Made by a program: the position numbers and the translations under genes. Positions 47,101-60,500 of a stretch of DNA of 64,000 nucleotides are shown piece by piece. The stretch is from Oikopleura dioica (taxonomy: Eukaryota > Animalia > Chordata). The DNA lies in contig OU015569.1 of the NCBI GenBank assembly GCA_907165135.1, positions 5,208,001 through 5,272,000 of the forward strand. The letters run 5' to 3'. The stretch's first letter is position 1. Each line of letters begins with the position of its first letter. Below the pieces are notes generated by a model. It did not search any database. It was given only the letters and a program-made list of their open reading frames with translations, and was not told where the DNA came from.

Positions 47101-47106
47101 TGAAGA

Positions 47107-48288
47107 ATGACTCCGAGTCACTCTCGCAGCCGTTCGCGATCCGGGTCCAGGAGTTCTAGAGGAAGAAGCGCGTCCAGAGACCGCTCAAGGTAAGATCCCA
47201 TATTTTAACTTCTCTTTAATCCGTGTCCCCTTTTCTTAAAAAAAAGCAAAGCAAAAGACACCGTAATTTTTCATGCAAAAGTGTTTTCCGGTAAATCAAT
47301 CTACTTCTTTAGCAGAAGCCGATCGAAAAGCCGAAGCCGGTCAAGATCCCGCTCTCGGTCAGTGCTTGGCCACGTGGACGGTTACGATCCGGCCTTTCGA
47401 GGTTATCGAGTGAAAGTGGCTGATTTGAACACGCGCATCTCAAAGTACGAGCTAGAGAAGGAATTCGATCGCTATGGAAAGATTATTGATCTCATTCTCA
47501 TCCGTCGCTGCCCAACCGTTTGCTTTATCGTCTACAAACACAGGTACAGTCTTAAAAACCGTTTTGAAGTTAGTTTTCTTGACCTTGTCCCCTAAAACTC
47601 GCGTTTAGCAATGACGCAAGAAACGCTGCGAGAAAATTGCATAACCTTTCGATTTGGTCAACCCGTTTGCGCGCTGAACTGGCGAAACCGAGCGGCAAGT
47701 CGAGGTAAGGATTATTTTCTCGGCGGCAAAGCACCCAGAAATTTAAAGTGCAGGGGTGATGTTGATTTAAGAGTGAACGATTGCACGATCCTACGATTAG
47801 TTTACCACTTTACGAGAGCGATACTGTAGTCTCTGTCTGTCTAATTCGCCTTTTTCGAAAACTCGCGCCAAATCGAAAAGCAGACACGCCACTTACGATT
47901 CTTAAAAGGGCGATACGAATTTACGAGAGAATTAGCAAGTGCCGAAAAGAGACGGTCACCGAAAGAGTCTCAAAAGTCGCCCAATGCACGAGTGTTCAAT
48001 TATCTAATGGAAATTTAAGACGACGTTCTCGCTCGCCACGGCGGAGACGATCTCGCTCTCCTCGGCGGCGGTCTTACTCGGGGAATCGAAGACGTCGACG
48101 CTCAAGATCACACTCTCGAAGACAGTCTGACTCACGGCGCCGCTCAAGGTCGACCAGACGCAGCCGCTCTCGCTCAGAAAGGCGCTCCAAATCGAGGACT
48201 AGATCCAAATCCAGGTTCAGCTCCAGCCGTTCTTCATTCACCTTCAACCTCTATCTTTAGAAATCGTCGCTCGCGATCCCGCTCGTAA
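47107..48288 (+). CDS. SR protein with RS-RRM-RS layout (SRSF3/7-like RRM)
   Basis: N-terminal RS repeats; RRM YRVKVADL....SKYELEKEFDRYG...CFIVY...DARNAARKL; C-terminal RSRSP repeats. Confidence 0.85.
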
Positions 48289-48479
48289 ACCAACCGCAAT
48301 TAACCGTCAATCAAGAATCATCTTTCATTAGATTTAAATTCATTATCTCACCGTGCTAGTGACCGTCCGCTGCCATCTTTCATCGAAACTTTTATTATGA
48401 AAGTTAAATCTTATTCCAATATGAGATTGTCTACGAGGACGCTTCTGACAAATTTTTAAGCGTTTAGAAATTCGAGAAC

Positions 48480-49537
48480 ATGGCGGGCAATTTCTGGCAG
48501 AGCTCGCACTGTCGCCAGTGGCTGTTGGAGCCACACGAGATTGAAAGCGAGGCAGTCAAGAGCGACCGCGAATACATTATGAACAAACTATACAAAGGCG
48601 AACGCCCGGATCTGGTGAACTCGGACGAGGCGGACGAGAACTATAGAAAGATAATCATACTCTTCGCAAACGTCATTCAAGCAATCGGCGAGCAGCTCAA
48701 GTCCAGACAGCAAGTTATAGCCACAGCAACAGGTAAAATTTTCCTCAGAACTTACTGATCCATATTATTTTGTAGTATATTTCCGAAGATTCTACGTTAG
48801 AAATAGCTTCTCATCGTGCGATCCTCTACTGATGGCACCTACTTGCCTCTTTCTCGCCTCCAAAGTAGAAGAAAGCGGACAAATATCGCAAAATCGGCTG
48901 ATCAACGCCATGACTCAGATTGTCCGCTGCAAATTCCGCGATATTTTCCACATGATCTCCGACTATCCTTACAGAAACTCGTAAGTGAGACGTCTGATTT
49001 TAAGCCGTAGCAATACTTTTTAGGAACATTCTTGAGTGCGAATTTTACTTACTCGAGCTGATGGACTGCTGTTTGATTATTTACCATCCTTATCGCCCGC
49101 TACTGCAATTTCTACAAGACTTAAATATCAAAGAATCCGATGATCGACTATCGCTCATGGCCTGGCGCATCCTAAATGATTCCTACAGGTAAAATTCAGG
49201 GCTTGTCATTTTGGAGGAGTCTTCCTTGATTTCAATTTGTCATTTCGCATTTCATAGATCTGATGTAATGCTTCAATATCCTCCCTACATGATCGCTCTT
49301 GCTGCTCTACATATGTCTGGCATCCAACTCAACTACATGGACCGTCAGATTCACGGCCGACCAAAGCTTAGCGACTGGTTCGCCGAGCTGTCCCTTGATC
49401 TCAAACAGTTGGCGAAGATAACGAAAGAAATCCTGGCTATGTACGGCGTGTGGGCCAAATTTCCCGACGACCGCTCGATGGCGAAGCTCTACGATAGCAT
49501 GCCGAAGGCTCAACCTGAGAGCAGGATTACTAGATAG
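48480..49537 (+). CDS. CCNC: Cyclin C
   Basis: MAGNFWQSSH; IQAIGEQLK.RQQVIATATVYF.RFY.RNS; DPLLMAPTC.FLASKVEE; ILECEFYLLELMDCCLI; WFAELS.D. Confidence 0.97.
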
Positions 49538-49794
49538 ACAGGAATCAACGTAAAGAACGCTTTTGCTAATAGGACGTTACTAAGGGAGGGTTTCTGTAAC
49601 TAGAAAAAGAACCTTCTGTGATCCGCAATGAGACTCAACAAATCGTTGGAGGTCATCTCACCTCCCAGCCTAGTCAGATGACTTAGCAAACCCTTGGTAC
49701 TCCCGATTCCGCTCATCTTCTCACTGCTATCTTCGTATTTCAACTCCTCCATTGCCGAAACCCGTCAAGCACACTTTCCTCATTTAGAGATCGG

Positions 49795-50497
49795 ATGCTG
49801 GCAGTACTTTGGATTCTGGTGCTCTTTCCATTCTATCGACTCGTCAAAATACTTATTTTCCAGCGTGGCAAGGCTTGTACAATTGCGCAAAGAAGGGGCG
49901 GCAGTGTGAGAGTAATGGCCGTCCTTGGCTCGGGCGGCCACACAACAGAAATGCTCCGGATTCTCTCTGTCTTAGGTATTCACGGCTCTATCTATTCCCA
50001 TATCAAATTCGCCATCAGATAACGAGTTCGGCCCTATCACAGTTGTCGTGGCCGATACCGATCGACAATCTACCTTCATGGCCAAGCAGAAAATAATCAA
50101 ACCGTACAAACTCCAAGTCATTCCAAGGGCGAGAGAAGTAAAGCAAACCTGGTCAAGTACATTATTGTCTACTGCCAAAGCAATCTTCGCCTCAATCCCG
50201 GTCGTCTTCGACGATCGACCTGACTTGTTGCTTCTCAATGGACCTGGAACATGTATCCCCATTGTAATTGCTTCATTTTGCCTGCAACTGTTCACGAATC
50301 ATGATGTAAAACTAGGTATGTGTTTTCAGTTTTTCTTGCTTTGACCTGACTATCTAGTCTTTGTCGAGTCATTCTGCAGGGTTGAAAAGCTCTCGATGAC
50401 TGGAATGCTGCTTTATCCGATTGCCGACGTATTCTTCGTACAGTGGCCTCAACTTCTTCTAAAATACCCTCGCGCCATTTACCGGGGTCGTTTCTAA
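49795..50497 (+). CDS. ALG14: UDP-GlcNAc transferase subunit ALG14
   Basis: VLGSGGHTTEML; IPRAREVKQ.W; PDL.L.NGPGTCIP; FVES.CRV..LS.TG; F.VQWP.L. Confidence 0.96.
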
Positions 50498-50633
50498 CCA
50501 CCTACTTACCCTCTTTACTGTCCTCTTCTTCGTCTGTAACTTTTACTGCTTCCATTGTTCAATAATATTTAAATTTCTGTACTGCGACGAACGCGGCCTT
50601 CATAAAAACTTACGTTAACTCATCCCTTTTAGA

Positions 50634-52608
50634 ATGCGACTTTCCATTCGCAAGGCCAGCGCCGTTGTTGCCAACTCGGGCCTCATGAACGTAAGTACTC
50701 CTGGCAATACTCCTAGTCATGCCATTTCTAGACCGTTGCCTTCAAGGCTTCCGCCTCTGCTGCCGGTGTCAAGAACTGGAATGTTTCAGTCACTAATGTT
50801 TACGATCCGGTCGTCAAAGCTGGTTTGGGTGCCGTTGTCGAATTCCAGGACTTCATCCCCCACCGAATCCGAGGCCAGGTCTCCGATGCCACCCTTGAGA
50901 AGACCCTCGCTATCTTCGAGAAGATGCGGGCCGACAACGCCAAGGCCTACCAGATCAAGTAAGTCGTTCTTTGTTAAAATACTCTTGGATAAAAGTTTTA
51001 AGAAACACTCTTGGCCCAATCTTCCTTGAAGAAGCCAAGGCCATCGAGGCTGCCCGGACCGATGCCGTCCCTCGAATTCGACGAGAGAACCGAGCTCTTT
51101 CTAACCTCTACTACCTTTACATGGGTCCCCCACCAAAGATGACCGGCTCATCTCCCATCGAAGGTCACCGAATGTTGAACACCGCTTCCTGGATCAACCT
51201 TGTCGAACGATACCCACCAGTTGTCTCCATGCACGGTCACTTCAAGGACCAGGGGATGCCACTCAACCCCGAAAATGGCTGCATCGAGGATGTCCTATCC
51301 AAGGACCGAGTCTGGCCCCACACTGGAGAGCCCGTCCTTGAGGCCGTCCACGGTGCCTGGGCCGGCGAATTCTTCTTTGAGGGTAATTAATTGTTTGTAC
51401 CCTAAAACCAAATTCTTATTTTTACTATTAGGAGAAGATGCCGCTGGACAGACTGTCCGAATCCCAATCCAGGCCCCAGTCCCTGCCAACGTTGAGACCG
51501 GTAATACAAAGTATTGTTTTAGTCATTTTTAACCAGTATTTTAGTCCAGGCTGATGGCGAGACCGCTGTTACCACCGTCTCCCCAGCTACCTCTGGCATC
51601 ACCGAGGCTAGCTTCATCACCAACGATGCTGGCTTCCCCCGATTCACCCTTGGTCCAGTCTACGGATGGCTCCAGGGCGCCGGTACTCCAAGCCAGCAGG
51701 CTGCTGAGTATGCCGCCAATGCTGCCGTCCTCGACAAGTTTAACGGCTTCCAGTCCTTGGTAAAGGGCCATTCAATCTAATAGAGCTAACGATGAAATTC
51801 CATAAGAATTTTTCGGCAAAAAAATTTTTTTGTGAGCTATCAGCATATTCTGAAAGCCCGTATCAGAATTAGTGGAATCCCCAAATTCTAGCACTTGATG
51901 ACGTCACGATGACGTCATCACTGATGATTGAAGGTCCAGAACCGCGGAACCTTAGGTACGCTTTTTGAAGACGTTTTTGTCGAAAAAATAATTTTTTTCT
52001 TTGCAGGAGGTTGTTCAGCATCGAAAACTACACGGGAATCCGGGTTCGAACCGGCCATAACCAGCCGGTCATTTTGGCGGTTCAATTTGTAACCGGTCGG
52101 TTCGGAAAAATTCTTCCGGATTCCCACGTAGTTTTTGATGCTGAATAACCTCCCGCAAAGAAAAAAAATTGCTTTTCAACAAAAACGTTCTCTAAAAGCG
52201 TACCTAAGTTTCTAGGATTCTTCACCTTCAATCATCAGTGATGACGTCATCGTGACGTCATCAAGTGCTAGAATTTGGGGATTCCACTAATTCTGATACG
52301 GGCTTTCAGAATATGCTGATAGCTCACAAAAAATTTTTTTTGCCGAAAAATTCTTATGGAATTTCATCTAACGCTACATCTTTCAGGTCGCCATCAAGCC
52401 AGCCACCGTCAACACCTTGACTGACTTGTCTCCCTTCTCCCCCCGAAACGCCGCCAAGTTCAACACCCAGACCCTCTACGGCCGATCCAACTACGTCAAA
52501 ATGGTTTTCACCATGGTCTTCGTAAGTGCACTCTATTTGAATAGCTCTTGGCCGTCAATTACTCTTCTAAAAATTCTATTTTAGTTCCTCCTTGTTTCCA
52601 ACGTCTAA
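50634..52608 (+). CDS. ~330-aa putative mitochondrial protein ending in an ATP synthase subunit k/DAPIT (USMG5)-like motif
   Basis: Seven exons joined by GT-AG introns; strong C-ending codon bias; presequence-like start; C-terminal KFNTQTLYGRSNYVKMVF plus hydrophobic tail, compared with DAPIT YFNSYTLTGRMNCVLATY. Confidence 0.6.
51791..52368. mobile_element. Foldback MITE with ~250-bp TIRs (outer ~140 bp perfect) and a 4-bp TAAC TSD, intronic
   Basis: TAAC|GATGAAATTCCATAAGAATTTTTCGGC... and ...GCCGAAAAATTCTTATGGAATTTCATC|TAAC. Confidence 0.92.
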
Positions 52609-52998
52609 ATTCCATCGAAATCGCACCATATTGGTGACGTTCATGAATGAAAAATTCTATTTATTGCGAACCTGCAAAGTTCAATTCTATTGTTAATGGT
52701 CCGCTGCAACCTTGTTGTCATTCGACTCCCAACTAAAATTATTTATTGTTCGCATAACTACATGTTTCGCTGAATAAAACATAATGGACCAATAGTTCAT
52801 AAAAATCAAACTCTTGTGTTTCATTCTCAAAAGACATTAAAATTACAATAAGACTCGGTCATCATTTTCGCGTGTAGACGCAAATACGTGTGTAAATAAA
52901 TAGACCGGCTGAGAATTCGTCCTTTGGGAGAGTTGTACCGAGAATATTTTCATCTTCTGCCAAGTCTGACTGAAAAATCTTCAGACAGAATCGTTAAA

Positions 52999-54198
<1,200 letters not shown>

Positions 54199-55639
54199 AC
54201 TACGTTTTCTTCACTAACAGTCCTTCTACTGCTTTTACTGAACAGTAACCTAATCGAACATATCCCCGGGAATCACTAGTCTAGCGAGCACCTCCTTTAT
54301 TTCAACATTTAACTATTTATACTCATTTGGTGTTGGCTATCCCAGATCTATACGCGATACCAAAACTAGAACTATTTAATTTTCCGAATGTCTTCAATAC
54401 CTTTTATTCGGTCGACTTTTGTAACATTTAGGCCGAAACAGCTGTAACCGTCAAGTTGCGTACATATCTAAGTTGAATTTTCGGTGCCCATCTCCATTAA
54501 TAATGTGCTGCTTTGACCCCTTGAATGTCACATTTCATACTGTACTACTCATCTCCTTCGTAGAGCTCTCTCTACATTCTCATTTCTATTCCTGCTTTTC
54601 ATTTCTAGTTTACTTTTCCTCCAAGTAGTCCTGAAGTACCATGAGAGACAAATCTACACCTAATTTAAATATGTGCGAAAACAATGTGCAATTTCTTGAA
54701 TTAAACTCTCAGACAACCAAAAAGCAAACTGACGGCATATTTCCGCCGTGTTTTAAAACAGGTAATATGTCTTGAACTTTCAATAATATTTCATTTAATC
54801 TCGATAATATCGTGCAGGCTGAACGGGTCATCGTTTGACAGTATATTCTCACTCACAATATTCAAACAGAAAATCAATCATATCATCAAACATACAAATC
54901 ACAGTTTATCAAATAGAAAACACTAACTACACTCATTTTTCGCATACTTATCAGGGGAGGAGTTCACGAGCAGCTGCGGATAGGATAAAATACGTGTGTT
55001 GGTTTTTTGAGGGGAAATGAGAAATCGAAAGCTGCACGTTCAATTATTTACTCTTTGGATTCTTAGTCACCCGAAGCAGAAAGAGGACAGTGTTCGCAAA
55101 GGAGGATACAGTTAGAGTTTACTAGTGGCGTATTATTAGACAGCTGTTGAACAACCAGATTCTCCTTCGCAAGCATACAGTTACAGTAAGTGCCGCGTTT
55201 TACAGATAGCACGCCCGTCTCGCATTCTTTTTACAGTACAATTGTAACACAATTATGAAAAGAGCAACATTCACTCGATGGGCGGTCGATCTGTACTAGG
55301 CAGTAGTCTCACTGTAGTTCCGTTTTTTTGTTAATCTTATCACCGAAAGATAGAATGGGTAGCGGTAATATCAAAATTAAAAGGTAAACTTCCTGTGTCA
55401 GGGAAGAGGATATAAAGCAAGTTTTTTCATCAGAAATAAAGAGAAGTGTTTTTCTTTATGAATTATGGCGCGCTTGAAGGATCACCTTTAGAGACTTTTG
55501 GCGGCATGTCGTTTAGCTTTACGATGACGCTGGCATGCACGGGTTCTGGGCTTGGACTTTTCTCGCCTTCGCTTTGCATCTATAAAAACGCGATTTCATT
55601 CTTTTTTCTCAATAGTGTCAAGCGCTCGATCGCTGAGAC

Positions 55640-57016
55640 CAGCGATTAAAGCCCTAGTCCATCACGTACCTCGGGATGATCAAGAACGGCATCTGGGTCC
55701 ATTTCCGCCTGTTTCCTGCCTGTTTTTTCGATGCGTTGCATTGTGTAGGGCAAAATCGTAACATCAAAATGGTGCGGCGGCTGTCTCATGATTAGGTCGT
55801 TAATTGTCTTTCCGCGGATGTTTTTCGCCGGGCCTGGAGTCGTCAGTGACCGCTTGCGTCTGATAAACTCCTAGAGCTATGTTAGAATGCGTATTTAGTC
55901 AAAAACGGTCCTACTGGCGTCAAAAATCACAAAATACTTACTCCTCCTTCATTCCCGTCGCTGATGCCGCGTTTTCCGGCGTTTGACAAAAGTTGAGCGC
56001 GCCGATTGTGTTGCTGCCGGCCCATCTGTCGCAGGTTCTCGTGTTCTTGCATCTTCTCCGATTTTCTATTTCGCAGCGCCTGAAGCGAGTCTGGTTATCG
56101 CTTGGGCACAGTGCGTGAGTGTTGTGTAACGAGCACGCCTGCCCAAATGAAAAACAAATGGATTAAAAAACACTGTCAAGCCCAGAAGTAATTCTTAAAA
56201 ATCTCTCGAAAAGAGTCACCTGGAGTGTTCTTGCTGCACTGATCCAGAGACTACGCTCATCAATCGGCAAGTGATGCGAGTTGACCAGACCTTCGTATCT
56301 GTTCATCTGCACACTAAGGGCAAAATCATAATCTAAGGAAGCAACAGGGATCGGGTGTCTAAATTTGCGCGACCTCTCGGGGTTCGAAATTGAACTGGAA
56401 AGAGAGGTGTAACTGAAATCTTCACAACAAGGCAATTAACTCGTTCTCCGGGATAATGGGCGCTTACAGTGCTCGAGAGACAGGAATGCCTGTAACGAAA
56501 GTCGAGGAAATCTACACACGCTACGACTTTTTGACCGAATGCAGCGATTCGAGAGGGACAATGCGGTGATTCGCTTTCAAATAAGATTTTTATTTCAATT
56601 CATGATATTTCAACTCGAAAAGTGACTTTCTCATCTTTGCTTTCAGATGATCTTGATGCTACGCCCCGTCTCTCTAGTATGAAGTATTTACAATGAGCGC
56701 GTGCTTACTTGAGCTGCGATTCATCCTTGAACTGCTCCGCGGCGAGGCAGAGGAGGCTTAGGTTGTTGTCGTTTCCGCTTCGGCCGTGTTCGACTGGGCT
56801 TCTTTCTTGATCTTCCACTGGTTTCTCTAGGACGTAGTCGACATCCATCGCATCTTGATCGGAGAATCTGAATCCCAGCTCTCGATTGCTCTTGGCGCTT
56901 GATTTGCTCTCAGTGGCGACCATAGCTTCCGGATGATGATGACCGTCTTCTTCGTTCCCTGGCGGGTGGATCGTTCCTGACTCGGGAGGCGGCGGCGGGG
57001 GTTGACTGCTCTGCAC
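55640..57016 (-). CDS. Hypothetical multi-exon protein with an LSLLCLAAE helix; 3' end uncertain
   Basis: ORF 56705-57016 with a GT donor; further in-frame exons near 56220-56310 and 55940-56140; GC-rich upstream region. No family recognised. Confidence 0.5.
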
Positions 57017-57576
57017 ACGCTGCTGAACGCACGCGGCGCTAGGAAAAAGCTCTACTGCGCGGAGGAGAGGGAGATTGTGCGCTTAGGGGAATGCTCGGCA
57101 AGTGTGGCTCCAGCCATAGTCCGCGGACGACTCTCTTGGCCTGATGCGCCTACACGGCACGGAGAGAGCGTGGGCGCTTCTCTCCCTCCGCCGCCAGTCC
57201 TTGCTGCTTCCGCGCCAATGCGGTGACCACCGCCGCGCTTAACCTTAACAGCTTAGTCCGTGTCCTTCCTTGGGCCAGGAGCCTTCTCCGTGCGCGGGGG
57301 CCTCAGCGACTCCCTCACCGAAAGTAGCGTCTTGCATAACTTGTATTTACACAACAGAAAAGGAGTTACATAATTACTTGCAGAACTTTGGCCGAATTGT
57401 CGCACCCAGTTTAGCCCAGCCTGTGCCCTCACAGCTCAGAGCCTTCACGCTCTGAGCGCGTGTTATCAGCGTGCCACCTCCTAAGTTCACCTATCCGCAT
57501 CACCCAGTTGTTGATGTTACAAGCCAGGGCTTATTCAGCGAGTTAACTTCAGTTGAAACAAGTGACAATCATTTTA

Positions 57577-60500
57577 TTAAGTTTCGATTGAGAATGGTAA
57601 ACTAAAATTCATATTCAGCGACATTTTCAGCAAAGAATCAGTGGTAAAGAACGATGCGATTGGAACCTCAGGAGATGTTATCAACGATTCGTTATTCATG
57701 CTATGGTGGTTCATTGGGATTTTCTAAAGGTTGTTTGATTCAGACAATCTTTCCATAACATCAATTTACATTGCGAAGCAGACATTTACATTGAGCGTCA
57801 CTACTCTGCCAAATATTTGACATAAAAATGGTAAAGACGAACTCAGTTGACTTGCTGTACTTTAGCATAGTACGTGAGCACGAGTTTCAGTAGATAACGT
57901 TTCCTGAATGAATACCGCTGAAATTCGCCGTTGTAAGTGCTTCGAAGTAAACATCGTCGAAGTACTCTCGGTTGAGAAAAATTGACTCAAGGATATGTTT
58001 GCTTATTGAGCACACGGACCATTCGCTATCTCGTTTCGAGAAAAAGGTCAGTTCCGCGAAGTCCTACAATTATCAAATTTTTGTCGGGAAGACATACACT
58101 TACGTTTAGGATCTTTAGGCCAATGCAAGGACTGCCACTTTGAATCGCTACTCTGAGGTCACGAGAGTCCCAAAGATACGTTTCCGCTTCGACTTGAAAT
58201 AAAGCGGAAAAACTCTGAAGAGCAGCTGACACAACCAGACGATTGAGATCAGTTCTCTCATGAATCCATTTTAGCTTAGCATTATTTTCGCTTTGCAACA
58301 AGTCCCAGAAAGCATCGTCATTAATTGTTATTAAAATCGCGCCAATAAGACTCTCAAGTGTACTCTGAAAGATGATGTCAATTTTTACTTACATCCCTTT
58401 GAAAATTGATTGCCGGCTTACCAAATCTCTCGACGAAATTGAAGAGGAAGAAAGTATTCGCCGAAGATCGTCTTGGTAAAATCTTAGACCGAGTCTTTTA
58501 AGCAAACTTCGAATATTTGAAAGAAAAAAGAAAAGCACCGATTTCTTGAAGATTCCAGAGCCACTCTAACATCCATTGGAATATAATGCCAGTCTCCTGG
58601 AATCGTTTTTCGAGGCGCTTCTGGTATGTCCTCCTCAACTTGATAGTAGCCAGTTGACTCGGTGACAACAGGTGCAATTTGGTTAATTTTCAGAGTTTGA
58701 CCATGCTCAGACTCATTGTCTTCTAGATATTCAATGAAAGCGTCGGCTAAAGAAGCCGCAAACTTCGGCCAGTACCAATCCATTTCTTTTCTATTCACAA
58801 GTTTTCTCTCCTCGGCAATCACTTGTTCATTTAGCACGGACTTCCGCAACATGTTCATTTCGTTTTTCACCGTAAAGATCTCTTAGTTGAGGATTATATA
58901 AGTACAGAAACAAAAAATTGTAAGAAATATCTAAAATCTCTGTCCTATGAAATTAGACAAATAACTATCCGAGTGTTTGAAAATAAGCATAGCGAATTCA
59001 TTTTCATTCTCTTTTGCTAGCCAGCTAACGCCGGGTGAGGCAAGCGTTATTTTGTCGGCGATAAGTGCCGCAATTTCTGATGACTTTTTGTCGAATACAG
59101 CTTTTTCAGTGGAGTTGATGTCTGTAGCAAAGATGTCGAGATTTTGAAATCGGCGAATCAAATGGATTTTTGCCGTGGTTATAATTTGATCTTCGTGCCT
59201 GTTTTAGGTCTGGAAATCTTGATCATATGATTTGGGGTCCATGCTCGCAGATCAAAACTGCCTTTTTTCGTCCACACATAAGGACTTTTGAAAATAGACG
59301 ATGTTATAGCGTTTATGACGCTAAAAGGCAGCCATCGTAATGCAAAGTTTCTATTTTGGCCGATCATTTTTTGAATTTGCTGGGCGATGAATTTCATCTT
59401 TAAGATGAAGGAAGTAAACACTATCATGACGATTTCAACTGCAACAGGGGCAATAATTTCAGATGCGTAGAATGGTTCGTTGACAAGAACATTTTGAGTG
59501 ATCAATCTCAAGCAGAGACTCAGAAAAATCGCAGTGCCGTACCAAAGAGGCTCGATCCATAGTACACGAAAGGAATGAAAGAGAAATATTCCCAGAATTG
59601 GATCTTCCGTTATACGGGTTTCGAATGGAGTTATTCCAGTGAAATTCCAAAGCTGATACAAGCAGATTGTTCCTTATCGGGCATGAGAGAAGATGAAGCT
59701 TTTGTATTGGTTGCGATTATCTTTTTTTGTTCATGTAAAAGCGACGTATGAAATTTATTCACCATTAGTTATTTGAGTACTAAGAGATTCGAAAAAGGTA
59801 AAGATCCCTCTACTGATTACCGCTCGATTTCAACACCTGCTATTTGCTTTTTGACCTGATTTCACTCGGCGGGGCATTATTGAAAGAGAATAATAAATAT
59901 TTCGCATCATTTTTACCATCTATCAGCGTGTGATTCGGGGCAGTATAAGTCTGGGTCCTTATTTTGATTTCTATCATTCGATTAAAAGAACTCCAAGTGT
60001 GTTGGGGCTGATTAAATTAATATTTTCAGACATTTTCAATAGAGGATGCTCGCTCTTTATAAGATAGAAAACTACATGGATGCGAATGCCTGCACACAAT
60101 CCAAGTCGGAAAGACTAAAACTACCAAAAGATGTATTTCGGTACAACCAAACTCTGGATATTTTTTCATGTCAACCATTCAGTGACTTCAAAGATGATGA
60201 TAAGAGACTGCAGACCCTTCAATCTGCGCAGATGTCAACGAAGAATGAATTGCAGAAAACGGTTGCTAAATTGAGCTTCATGGCAGTTCATGAGCGCGAG
60301 ATCAAGAAGGACAATAACCTCGATGAAAAAGAAAAAGAGAATTTCTTGAAGAAACGATTCAAAGAGAAAAAGAAACTTAAAAAGGGCAGAGAAAGAATGA
60401 GAAAAGAAATAGATGACCGAGAAAAGAAAATTCGAGCACTGGAGAGCAAAATGTACCGTACACTATCTGCCTGAATTTACTCACTGCCTTATGGAAAGAA

